DNA of 64,000 bases from Spirochaetaceae bacterium (GCA_051531975.1 JAOPTT010000008.1:32001-96000); one strand, 5' to 3'. Positions 1 through 9,131 are shown, counted from the first letter of the stretch. A program made the numbers and translations. Notes: generated by a model not told the origin, from the sequence alone.

Positions 1-958
1 TTGTTCTTGGATCTATAGAAAGTTTATTCGAAGGAAATATCCAAAACCATAACCAATCTATTCCTGCATTAGGAAATTTTCTAGATAGAGCACTAGGTAA
101 TTCGACTCCACATACGTTATTATCTCTATCCTTTATATGTAATACTTTAACTGTCGTTATATGTTTTTCTATATAACTTACTAAATACTGAGGTAATATA
201 GTAACTCTGTCCCTATTACCCTTAGCAGATCTAATAGTTATAGTTCCACATTCAAAATCTATATCCTTTATTCGTAGATTTAGACACTCTTCTAACCGTA
301 AACCTGCGCCGTATATTAGTTGTAACATAATAAGTTTAACACCATCGATGTTTCTAAAAATACATTTTATCTCATTCCCAGTTAAAACAACTGGTAGTTT
401 TTTACTTAATGATGATTTTACTACACTATTTAAATTTTCGACTTCTAGATTCAGTACAAATCGGCACATAAATAACAATGAATTAAAAGCTTGTTTTTGT
501 GTAGATGCAGCAACTTCTCTTGTTACTGCTAAATATGTTAAGTACCGTTTTAAATCAGCTAAAACTACTTTATTAGGGTTATTATCTTTAAAAAATGATA
601 TGAAATCTTTAATCCAAAATAAATATGTCTTCTCGGTATTATATGATTTATGTTGAAACCTTAATTCTAATTTAACTTTTTGTACAACATCATCCCAGGT
701 TATTGTCTTAATTTCTTCGTTATCCTTCTGGTTTAATGAGTATAACTTTTTATATTGCTGTAGATATAAAATAGCCTTCCTTGCTTGTTTAGTTTTCCAT
801 AGGTCGTGGTTAATGCTCAGGTTTTCAAGGAACTCTTTACTATAGTCCCCTATTGTTGAATCTCCAAACCTCTTATATAATTCCACCCAATATTCAAAAT
901 ACTGAACTTTATCCTCACGAACACCTTTCTCTTTACATATATACTCGCTATAAGTCAT
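1..958 (-). CDS. intI: Integron integrase (tyrosine recombinase), 3' end beyond window edge
   Basis: Manual translation from ATG 958 (GGAGG upstream): MTYSEYICKEKG...HKSYNTEKTYLFWI...VAASTQKQAFNSL...LIYGAGLRLEECLNLRIKDIDF...KGNRDR...LPSALSRKFPNAGIDWLWFWIFP, the last being the IntI-specific insertion. Not in the ORF track because it has no stop inside the window. Confidence 0.95.
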   Translation of the reverse strand, partial: MTYSEYICKEKGVREDKVQYFEYWVELYKRFGDSTIGDYSKEFLENLSINHDLWKTKQARKAILYLQQYKKLYSLNQKDNEEIKTITWDDVVQKVKLELRFQHKSYNTEKTYLFWIKDFISFFKDNNPNKVVLADLKRYLTYLAVTREVAASTQKQAFNSLLFMCRFVLNLEVENLNSVVKSSLSKKLPVVLTGNEIKCIFRNIDGVKLIMLQLIYGAGLRLEECLNLRIKDIDFECGTITIRSAKGNRDRVTILPQYLVSYIEKHITTVKVLHIKDRDNNVCGVELPSALSRKFPNAGIDWLWFWIFPSNKLSIDPRT

Positions 959-1059
959 GTTATCTTGCCTCCACATAACCTTATATTAAAGTTTTTTATA
1001 GTGCTTCAAAAAATGTTAAGATTTTTTAATAAAAAATCATTAAACTTAATTAAAGCTGA

Positions 1060-1094
1060 GAACTGGGGAAAACAAGTGATCTAATATGTTATGT
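1060..1094 (+). other. Putative attI recombination site (G/TT crossover 1088/1089)
   Basis: GTTATGT at 1088-1094, upstream of intI, is the exact complement of the ACATAAC R'' box that closes cassette 1 (2567-2573). The left boundary is approximate. Confidence 0.75.
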
Positions 1095-1168
1095 GTACTT
1101 AAAATTTAGGATATACGTAATTAATATATGACTTTGATTTTTAGAAAATTGAAGGTAGTATATAAAGA

Positions 1169-1660
1169 ATGAAAATAATATTAATAATAATGTTAATTGT
1201 TGGAACCACACAATTATTATATTCATTTGAATATGATCCTAGTTATTATATTATAAACCCAACATATGGAAATGTAACTATAACAGTTGTAATTTACGAA
1301 GATTTAATCGATTTATTTAAAGACTCTACATTGCCTACAAGTTATTCTCATTATGATATAGAAATAAATAAGGATATCGAAGATAAATTAACTAATAAAT
1401 TGAAGATAGAACAAGTTGATAATGTTTTCACAATAATTGTTCCACCTCGTAGTTTAGCTTTTATTGGACATTATTCTTCTCCATTTAACAAATCAATTAA
1501 GGAATTCAAAATAACATCAAATAACTATAATATTAATTATGAAATAACAAATAAAAAGAATGGTCTATTAGATTTGTATAAAATATTTAAACTTGATTAT
1601 ATAGATTTAGGTTTTTTAAAACAGGACAGATTTCTTGCTTATTATTTTTTGGAGATTTAA
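1169..1660 (+). CDS. Hypothetical secreted protein (cassette 1, gene 1)
   Basis: 163-aa ORF with signal-peptide-like N-terminus and AAGG upstream; no recognisable domain. Confidence 0.75.
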   Translation: MKIILIIMLIVGTTQLLYSFEYDPSYYIINPTYGNVTITVVIYEDLIDLFKDSTLPTSYSHYDIEINKDIEDKLTNKLKIEQVDNVFTIIVPPRSLAFIGHYSSPFNKSIKEFKITSNNYNINYEITNKKNGLLDLYKIFKLDYIDLGFLKQDRFLAYYFLEI

Positions 1661-1662
1661 TT

Positions 1663-2559
1663 ATGATAAAACTTAGAATTATCAAATTTATTGCAATTTC
1701 TATTCTTTTAACAACAAATTCATTTATTTTTTCTCATGGATTTCAAGAGAATTTTTTACCTGAAGTAAATGGCAATGTTAAAGTTATAAAGGAATATGAA
1801 AAAAAAGAACCTCTAGTTGAATTAATTTATAATGAAAATAATTTACTATCAAATATCATATATTTTAATAAAAAAACTAACCTTTATAGCTATGAAGATC
1901 AGTTTTTATCAAATACAACTTTATATAATGAAATACTGAATAATTTAAAAAAAATAAAATTAAAAACTTCTTATTATGTAATCTATATCATTGTAGAAAA
2001 CGAGAAATTAATACGAGAAGATCATTATAAAATCAAAGATAAAAAAGAAATATTTAACTTTTCAAAATATTATGAATTTGATAATGATTTAAAACTACTT
2101 AGATCATATTACTTAGAAAATGACCAAGAATATTTTGTACAACAGTTTGTATATAATAATGAAATAGATCTTAAATTTCCAAAACTTAATTTAGTTAATT
2201 TAACTAAATTAAGCGACTATGACGAATTTAATTATAGAATCTATATAAGTCATATATTTAAAATTGGTACTAATGGTAAAAAAGAACATGTATTATTTCA
2301 AAATATTGCTTCTGATAATTATTGTGATAGAGAAAAATTACAAAATATTGACGATCATATTAGATCGTTAAGCATTAATTCTTATAAGTTTAATTCAGAT
2401 GGTAATATTGAGTCATATATTATATATAATAGCGATGGATCGATAATGGGAGAATATGATTATTCTTATTTTTATGATAAAAATGAAAATTGGATAAAAA
2501 AAGAAATAATTTTTAATAATGAAATCTATAAATCTTTTACCAGACAATTAGTGTATTAA
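1663..2559 (+). CDS. Hypothetical secreted protein, YD-like C-terminus (cassette 1, gene 2)
   Basis: 298 aa with signal peptide; ends YSYFYDKNENWIKK...RQLVY; stop lies just before attC1. Confidence 0.8.
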   Translation: MIKLRIIKFIAISILLTTNSFIFSHGFQENFLPEVNGNVKVIKEYEKKEPLVELIYNENNLLSNIIYFNKKTNLYSYEDQFLSNTTLYNEILNNLKKIKLKTSYYVIYIIVENEKLIREDHYKIKDKKEIFNFSKYYEFDNDLKLLRSYYLENDQEYFVQQFVYNNEIDLKFPKLNLVNLTKLSDYDEFNYRIYISHIFKIGTNGKKEHVLFQNIASDNYCDREKLQNIDDHIRSLSINSYKFNSDGNIESYIIYNSDGSIMGEYDYSYFYDKNENWIKKEIIFNNEIYKSFTRQLVY

Positions 2560-2566
2560 CGAAAAC

Positions 2567-2677
2567 ACATAACAAAAAATTGGAATGGAAAATTATTTTG
2601 TCATGATTCCTGCAAATAAAATGCAGGAATCACGCCAACCCTACGGGTCATAATTTCCACTCAATTCGGCGTTATGA
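2567..2677 (+). repeat. attC site 1
   Basis: ACATAAC-AAAAAATTGGAATGGAAAATTAT...ATAATTTCCACTCAATTCGGC-GTTATGA: R''/R' boxes and imperfect palindrome. Confidence 0.92.
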
Positions 2678-2794
2678 AGACTCTAAATAGATATAAATTT
2701 ATTTATAAATTAAAATCTCCCAAATACTAAAAAATGTTTTTAAAAAACACCAAAAATATTATATTATGCTTTAAAGTATTGAAAAGAGGATAAA

Positions 2795-3958
2795 ATGAAA
2801 CCAAAAATATTTATAAGTTCAACTTGTTATGATTTATCACAAATTCGGCAGGATATATCTGATTTTTTTAATTCTTTAGGATTCACACCAATACTTTCAG
2901 ATAAGAGTAGTTTTCCTATAAATCCTAATAATGATACATTAACCAACTGTATTGAGAATGTAAGAAATAATGCTGATTTATTTATTTTAATAATAGGTAA
3001 CAGATATGGTAGTATTGTACATGATGATAAATCGATTACAAATATGGAATATAGAGCAGCAAAAAAGAAAGGTATTCCTATATATATATTTACTTTAAAA
3101 CAGGTATTAACAACCTATGAATTTTGGAATAAAAATAAAACAGGGAACTTCGAAGGTTTAGTTGATAACGTTTCTCTATTTGAATTTATAAAAGAAGTTA
3201 GAATAACTGATAAGAATTGGTGCTTTGAATTTGAAAATGCAAATGACATAAAACAATGCTTGAAAGATCAAATATCCTATTTATTCAAGAATTTATTAGA
3301 TGAGAGATGTAAAAATATTATAGAAATAGATGATTTTCTAATAAATAATATCTCACCATCAGCAAGAAAAATTTTAATACAAGAGGAAGATGCTTACGAA
3401 TTTGATTTTTTTTATCAAGTTCTTTTAGATGAATTTAATAAAATAGAATTATTACAAAAACAATATGAATACGAATTACTATTTCAAAGCCTAACCCATA
3501 TAAGTGATCCTGTAACATTATCTAATTGGGCCAGAAAACATCTAAACTCTATGACTAATTTTTCAAAAAGTTTTATTACGATTCTTAATAATCAATTAAA
3601 TATTTACTTTGGTGAACCTGGTGAACCTGCGGATCTAAATGGATTATTTTTAGTTGCATGTACAATATCAAAATTATTAAAAGAAATGATTAATTGTTCT
3701 CTTGAAATAAAAAGTACAAGTGTTGAAGATGAAATGTTAAATTTGAGAGATATGCTTGGAAAGTATTTAAGTAATGCAATAGAGATGGTACAACGTTTCC
3801 CAATTAACTTTAAAGAAGACTTGGATGATCTAAAAATGAAAATCTTAAATGGAGAAGATTCTTTTGAATTTGGAAGAACATACACTCTAGAAATTGATGA
3901 GAATCTAATTGATGAATTCGATAAAGAATTAATTCGGTTGGGTACAGTATACTCCTGA
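2795..3958 (+). CDS. DUF4062-domain protein (cassette 2)
   Basis: N-terminus KIFISSTCYDL...FILIIGNRYGS...SITNMEYRAA typical of DUF4062; AGAGG RBS. Confidence 0.85.
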   Translation: MKPKIFISSTCYDLSQIRQDISDFFNSLGFTPILSDKSSFPINPNNDTLTNCIENVRNNADLFILIIGNRYGSIVHDDKSITNMEYRAAKKKGIPIYIFTLKQVLTTYEFWNKNKTGNFEGLVDNVSLFEFIKEVRITDKNWCFEFENANDIKQCLKDQISYLFKNLLDERCKNIIEIDDFLINNISPSARKILIQEEDAYEFDFFYQVLLDEFNKIELLQKQYEYELLFQSLTHISDPVTLSNWARKHLNSMTNFSKSFITILNNQLNIYFGEPGEPADLNGLFLVACTISKLLKEMINCSLEIKSTSVEDEMLNLRDMLGKYLSNAIEMVQRFPINFKEDLDDLKMKILNGEDSFEFGRTYTLEIDENLIDEFDKELIRLGTVYS

Positions 3959-3964
3959 GAAGCT

Positions 3965-4074
3965 ACATAACAAACGATTGGAATGGCAAAGTTATTTGTC
4001 ACACTCTCTGCAAAAAAAAGCAGAGAATGCGCCAATCCTACGGAACTAACTTTCCACTCAATCGGCCGTTAAAT
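3965..4074 (+). repeat. attC site 2
   Basis: ACATAAC-AAACGATTGGAATGGCAAAGTTA...TAACTTTCCACTCAATCGGCC-GTTAAAT; homologous to attC1. Confidence 0.92.
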
Positions 4075-4203
4075 AGACTTTTGAATAGATATAATTTTAA
4101 CGATATGAGATAGTACTTAAAATTGTTTAACATATTATTAAAAATAAAGAAATTATGTACCCTAATACCAGATCATATAAAGGATTTATAAGATAATTAG
4201 AAG

Positions 4204-4371
4204 AGAATAAAGAACGAAACCTATGGTAATGGTGCATATAGTTTTATAGGTTTATCATATATTTTGTTATACAGTAGAATTGAGAAAGAAACCTACGGTA
4301 ATAACACAATTAGTTTTATAGGTTTATCAGAAGTTCTGATATACAGCAGAATTGATAATATAACCTACGGT
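4204..4371 (+). repeat. 72-bp tandem repeat (~2.3 copies) in leader of cassette 3
   Basis: (A/T)AACCTA(T/C)GGT recurs at 4217, 4289 and 4361; TAGTTTTATAGGTTTATCA and ATACAG(T/C)AGAATTGA each recur at 72-bp spacing. Confidence 0.85.
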
Positions 4372-4544
4372 GACCAAAGCACGAATATCTATATTAATTA
4401 TAAATTGATCAAACAAAATTATTGACTATAATATATGGTTGAAGTTTTATTAAATTGTTATTTAAACTACATATTCTTTTTATCTTAATTTTACTGTTTA
4501 AATATTGGTAATAATGCAATATATTTACTTAATAGGAGTGTAAA

Positions 4545-5153
4545 ATGATTAGTCTTAGTTTTATCTTAACATCTATCATTGTCATTATTATACCTGGTAC
4601 TGGAGCTATTTATACTATAACTACTGGTCTTGCAGGAAATAAACGAAATGCCATTTATGCAGCATTAGGTTGTACATTAGGGATTGTTCCTCACATTTTT
4701 GCTGGAATCGTAGGAATATCAGCAATTTTAAATACAAGTGCCCAATTATTTAAAATTGTTAAGATAATTGGTGTTATTTATCTTCTTTATCTTGGTATTG
4801 GATTATTAAGATCAAAAAGTGAAATTAAAATTGAAGAAGGACAAAATGAAGTAACTTCAAAAATAATTATAAAAGCAATACTATTAAATTTACTAAATCC
4901 AAAATTAACAATTTTCTTCCTATCATTTTTACCTCAATTTATTAACCCATCAGGAATGAGTTCAAATTATCAAATGGTAATATTAAGTTTAATTTTTATG
5001 ATTTTGACTTTTGTTGTTTTTATTACTTATGGTATTTTAGCAAATTCATTTAAGAATATTTTAAAAGAATCTCCAAAAATAACTAAAAGAATTCAACAAA
5101 GCTTCGGTGTTATTATAATGGGATTTGCAGCAAAGTTAGCAATTGATAATTAA
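4545..5153 (+). CDS. LysE/RhtB family translocator (cassette 3)
   Basis: IIPGTG near the N-terminus, NLLNPK motif, multiple hydrophobic segments; AGGAG RBS. Confidence 0.9.
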   Translation: MISLSFILTSIIVIIIPGTGAIYTITTGLAGNKRNAIYAALGCTLGIVPHIFAGIVGISAILNTSAQLFKIVKIIGVIYLLYLGIGLLRSKSEIKIEEGQNEVTSKIIIKAILLNLLNPKLTIFFLSFLPQFINPSGMSSNYQMVILSLIFMILTFVVFITYGILANSFKNILKESPKITKRIQQSFGVIIMGFAAKLAIDN

Positions 5154-5196
5154 TAATATACATTACAAAGATACTATAAAAAAATAATTGAAAACT

Positions 5197-5306
5197 ATTT
5201 AACAAAGTGTTGGAATGGAAAATTATTTTGTCAGAGTCTGTGCAGAAAAAAGCACAGTCACCGCCAACCCTACGGGTCATAATTTCCACTCAACACGACG
5301 TTATAT
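5197..5306 (+). repeat. attC site 3
   Basis: ATTTAAC...GTTATAT; R'' is complementary to the GTTAAAT that opens cassette 3; nearly identical arms to attC1. Confidence 0.92.
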
Positions 5307-5422
5307 TTATATAAAATTTTATCGGTATAATTAGTGTCTTTTCAAAAATTATTAAAATTAAATTGAAGATTTATACCTTTACAGTTATTATAATTTACAT
5401 ATTTACTTACATAGGAATTAAA

Positions 5423-6697
5423 ATGAAAAAATATATAATACTTCTATTGTTGTCTATCTTATTTTTATCTTGTACACCAACCAAAGAAATTATTGTAACG
5501 TCTAGAGAAGACTCTATAATTATTTTTAATAATAATGAATTTGATACTAAAGCAATAATTAAAGCTAAACTCAATGAATTAATAAGCATAACCGTTAGAA
5601 AAGACGGTTATATCAGTAAAACAGAAGAATTTGAAATAACAAATGAAATTACTGAAAAATATATTAATATTATTCCTAAACCTATAACTTTAAATATTAC
5701 ATCATCTCATAAAGATTTAGATATATATATAAATAAAAAAAAATACAAAAGCAATTCTATAGAATTAGATCCAGGAAAGTATGAATTAGAAATTGAAAAA
5801 AATGGATATGAAAAATATAGAAAAATGATAGAACTCAATATTGGTGAAATTAATAGAAATATAAATGTTAAACTAGATAAAGAAAAATCTTCAGGATATA
5901 CCATCAATAGAACTAATCCAATTAAATCATTTAGTGGTGAAATTTATTTATCAGAAAAACAAAAATTGTCAAAATGGCATCAAAGAGACACTTCTATAAC
6001 AATAACCAATAATTTTTCTGAAAAGCATTTAGTATCAACAAAATGGTTTGTTCCATTAGATGATCCTGTAAAGTTTTCTAGTAAAATTCTTATGTTTTTT
6101 TCTGATACTGTTTTTTGGTATGGTACTTATCAAAATGGAGCATATATAAAAGGTAATTATGAATTAATAGAAAATAAAGTTAAATTGTATAATATCGTAG
6201 ATGTTATCGATGAAGATGGTTGGCGATTGGAAGATATTTTTTATAATAATGAAGAGATTTATTTAGATATAAACAAAACACCATCTTATAACTACTCTAT
6301 AACCCTTGAAAATGAATTAGGTTTACTTCAGTTCGCAGCTGATGGTACAGAGCCTTTAATAAATGAAAAAATAAATATATGGGGTTTTAATTCTATATTT
6401 GAAAATAAAGCTGGAATAATATCAGCCGAAACACCTGTCTTTTTATCACCTGAAACAAAAGCTACTAATATATATATAGAAGAATTTGGATCTTTACAAC
6501 TTGTGAAAGATGAACAAGGAAATGACGAACATAAATTCATTGAGAGTAAAATAATTTTAAATAAAGATATAGAAATTCAAATTTTAGCAAAATCAGAATT
6601 GTACGATTCATATTTTTGTAGAGTTCCAGTAAAAGATGAATATTATAGATGGGCTAATGCTTGGATTTCTAGTAACAATGTCAAAATAATTAAATAG
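5423..6697 (+). CDS. PEGA-domain lipoprotein (cassette 4)
   Basis: Start moved to ATG 5423 (AGGA upstream); lipobox LFLSC; PEGA-like segments (ITVRKDGY; LDPGKYELEIEKNGYE). Confidence 0.8.
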   Translation: MKKYIILLLLSILFLSCTPTKEIIVTSREDSIIIFNNNEFDTKAIIKAKLNELISITVRKDGYISKTEEFEITNEITEKYINIIPKPITLNITSSHKDLDIYINKKKYKSNSIELDPGKYELEIEKNGYEKYRKMIELNIGEINRNINVKLDKEKSSGYTINRTNPIKSFSGEIYLSEKQKLSKWHQRDTSITITNNFSEKHLVSTKWFVPLDDPVKFSSKILMFFSDTVFWYGTYQNGAYIKGNYELIENKVKLYNIVDVIDEDGWRLEDIFYNNEEIYLDINKTPSYNYSITLENELGLLQFAADGTEPLINEKINIWGFNSIFENKAGIISAETPVFLSPETKATNIYIEEFGSLQLVKDEQGNDEHKFIESKIILNKDIEIQILAKSELYDSYFCRVPVKDEYYRWANAWISSNNVKIIK

Positions 6698-6720
6698 AAA
6701 TCAAACACATTCGATATAAA

Positions 6721-6831
6721 ATATAACAAAGAAATTGGAAAAGAAAAGTTATTGTCACAGTCTATGCATGAAAAATACAAAGACTGCGCCAACCCTGCGG
6801 GTCAAACTTTCTTCTCTATTCGACGTTAAAT
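6721..6831 (+). repeat. attC site 4
   Basis: ATATAAC...GTTAAAT; R'' is complementary to the GTTATAT that opens cassette 4. Confidence 0.9.
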
Positions 6832-6881
6832 TCACAAAAATTTATTTTACAAAAGAAGTTATATCAATTACTCTAAGGTTT

Positions 6882-8342
6882 ATGAAAAAAACAACTTTAT
6901 GTGTCATCATTATATTAATTGTATCTTGTCAAAAAACACTAGATATTGAAACAGAACCAAGTGGAGCAAAAATTTACTATAACGGTATCGAATTCAATTC
7001 ACCTGCTGAACTAGAGTATTCTGGAAATTCAAACCTACTTATTAAAAAAGAATTTTATAAAGATATTAAATATACTGCTGAAGAAACAAAATTACTATTA
7101 ACAAATAAAAATAACATAAAACTTACACCCAAATTATATTTATTAAAAATTACTAATAGAAATGAGTTAATGGATATAACAATAAATGGAGAGAAAGCTA
7201 AGTATAGAATTGAGCTACCTCATGGTGAACATCAGATTGAAATTAAAAGAGAAGGATATTTTACTTTTAAGCAAACAATATCTATCCCGGATACTAATGA
7301 ATTAAATCCTCAACTAATTGAAATATATATATTAAAAGAAATACCAAAAGGTATTTCTGATATAAAAATAAATAATGACAAAATATATTTAAATACTGAA
7401 TTCTATATACTAAATAACACCAATAGATTTGAACCAGGATATATACCTACAAAAATTTCATTTAAATATAATGATCTATTAATTGATACAACATTACATA
7501 ATATGTATATAAAGAATAGAGTATTAAATCTACAATTAATATTAGATGAATTCATTAATGAAGATAAAAACAAACCAAAGGTCATTATTGAAAGTGATTG
7601 GATTAAAGAATTTGAGTCGCCATTTCATCTAAAAAAGCTATTTTCAGGACCGACTGGATTTGAAAATATGCCAGATGTACTTATAAAAGGTGATAATAAA
7701 ATTATACAAAAGCCCTTAAATTTATTTCCTCATTTGTCTATAGCAAACCCAACTTCAGCAGTAATAGGAGCATATTTTATAGCTAAATCTGGAGATTTTG
7801 AAAAGAAATATGAAATTACATCAGAATTTTATAATTCAAATATAGACGAAATGTATGCGGGTGAAGAATATAATCCTGATGGTATTTATACAAAACAAAA
7901 ATTCCTTAAAATAGATAACCTTGACTTAGATGCACCTTTTAATAATGCTGAAATTGAATGTTATTTATATATAAATAATATAGTAACTGATAGTGTCAAA
8001 TTAAAGGTAAATAAAGATGTATATAATAAATTTGGTGATACATCTTATGGAGTATATTCCGATTTAAGGGAATCAATATTTTATCAATCAAAAAATCCAT
8101 CGAAAATACATTATCTTTATTCTGATGAATCTAGGTCAGGAGAATTTTTAATAATATATATGTCAAAAAACAGAGAATACATACCAATATACACTTATAA
8201 AATAGGAGATGTTTCTTCAACACCAGCTAAGATATTATTAGAAGAAAATGATTCCAATAATTATTTTATTCTAATTACTAAAGATTTATCAAATATTGAG
8301 AATTGGTATGCTAGACAATTTAAATATTTTACTGACAAGTAA
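6882..8342 (+). CDS. PEGA-domain lipoprotein (cassette 5)
   Basis: Start moved to ATG 6882 because the track start lies inside attC4; lipobox LIVSC; IETEPSGAKIYYNG and LPHGEHQIEIKREGY are PEGA-like. Confidence 0.82.
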   Translation: MKKTTLCVIIILIVSCQKTLDIETEPSGAKIYYNGIEFNSPAELEYSGNSNLLIKKEFYKDIKYTAEETKLLLTNKNNIKLTPKLYLLKITNRNELMDITINGEKAKYRIELPHGEHQIEIKREGYFTFKQTISIPDTNELNPQLIEIYILKEIPKGISDIKINNDKIYLNTEFYILNNTNRFEPGYIPTKISFKYNDLLIDTTLHNMYIKNRVLNLQLILDEFINEDKNKPKVIIESDWIKEFESPFHLKKLFSGPTGFENMPDVLIKGDNKIIQKPLNLFPHLSIANPTSAVIGAYFIAKSGDFEKKYEITSEFYNSNIDEMYAGEEYNPDGIYTKQKFLKIDNLDLDAPFNNAEIECYLYINNIVTDSVKLKVNKDVYNKFGDTSYGVYSDLRESIFYQSKNPSKIHYLYSDESRSGEFLIIYMSKNREYIPIYTYKIGDVSSTPAKILLEENDSNNYFILITKDLSNIENWYARQFKYFTDK

Positions 8343-8472
8343 GATAAAAAATGTTACGAAATTAACCTCGACCAGTCGAGCCATGATCTGATCAAAAGGA
8401 AGGATTAATTAAAAGAAAATTATAAATAATTAAAATCGCGGTACCAATATAGGTCATACGCTTATGATTGGA

Positions 8473-8590
8473 ATTTAACAAACTGTTGGAATATATTTTA
8501 CTGTTTTCACACTATTTGCAGAAAAAGCAAATAATGCGTCAACACCTCCGCTTCGCTCCGGCCGTAAAAATACTCAACACGACGTTATTT
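8473..8590 (+). repeat. attC site 5 (divergent subtype)
   Basis: ATTTAAC-AAACTGTTGGAAT...TACTCAACACGAC-GTTATTT; R'' is complementary to the GTTAAAT that opens cassette 5. Confidence 0.88.
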
Positions 8591-8603
8591 AGGGTATAAA
8601 AAT

Positions 8604-8819
8604 TTATTCAATAGGTATGGATAAGTAAATATTATAATAATAACCATACTTATCGCTTATATATTCAGCATTAGATAAAATATTTCTTACATCTACTTTC
8701 TCATTATTTAAAGTATATATTTCAAATATTTTAAAATAATTATTAAATTTATCAAAACTAAATTGAAAATTATCAGTAAGTGCGTAATCATTATATACTA
8801 TGTAATTATAGTTTTGCAT
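8604..8819 (-). CDS. Possible short hypothetical ORF or gene remnant, opposite to cassette orientation
   Basis: 71-aa ORF fills an otherwise empty gap at the start of cassette 6; no RBS or motif. Confidence 0.25.
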   Translation of the reverse strand: MQNYNYIVYNDYALTDNFQFSFDKFNNYFKIFEIYTLNNEKVDVRNILSNAEYISDKYGYYYNIYLSIPIE

Positions 8820-8838
8820 AATATAATAATTGTTATGA

Positions 8839-8867
8839 TTGTAATCTAATTACTATTGTATTACAAT
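8839..8867 (+). promoter_or_regulatory. Sigma70-type promoter with overlapping palindromic operator for the TA operon
   Basis: TTGTAA (8839)-17 bp-TACAAT (8862); palindrome ATTGTA-T-TACAAT (8855-8867) covers the -10 box. Confidence 0.7.
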
Positions 8868-8885
8868 TTGTTATACGAGGTAATA

Positions 8886-9131
8886 ATGACTACGATAAGA
8901 TTAAATGATGATTTAAATAATAAATTACTAACTTTAAAAACTTTAGAACATACTACTAAAACAGAAATTATAAAGAAAGCTATTGCAGAATATTATGTAC
9001 ATCATGTAAAAGAGAAAACTCCATATGAATTAGGTGAAGATTTATTTGGTAAGTTTGGTGATAGTCAGGATCTTTCAACAGATTATAAATCAAAACTAAA
9101 AAGGAAACTACATGAAAAACACTCTCATTGA
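8886..9131 (+). CDS. CopG/RHH-type antitoxin
   Basis: GAGG RBS then MTTIRLNDDL...KTEIIKKAIAEY (ribbon-helix-helix); overlaps the PIN gene. Confidence 0.85.
   Translation: MTTIRLNDDLNNKLLTLKTLEHTTKTEIIKKAIAEYYVHHVKEKTPYELGEDLFGKFGDSQDLSTDYKSKLKRKLHEKHSH

Noticed and set aside
348..656. 102-aa + strand ORF
   Set aside because: Antisense shadow of the integron integrase on the - strand.
3604..4035. 143-aa - strand ORF
   Set aside because: Antisense to the DUF4062 gene and starts inside attC2.
4204..4371. 72-bp repeats as a CRISPR array or type III TA antitoxin
   Set aside because: Units are similar along their whole length with no unique spacers, there are under three copies, no cas genes are present, and the downstream gene is a LysE transporter, not a ToxN-like nuclease.
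6735..6881. N-terminal 49 aa of the 535-aa track ORF
   Set aside because: It is translated attC4 sequence; the signal peptide begins at ATG 6882.
2567..8590. attC repeats as REP elements or terminators
   Set aside because: R''/R' boxes, one copy per cassette end and the adjacent IntI identify them as attC sites.
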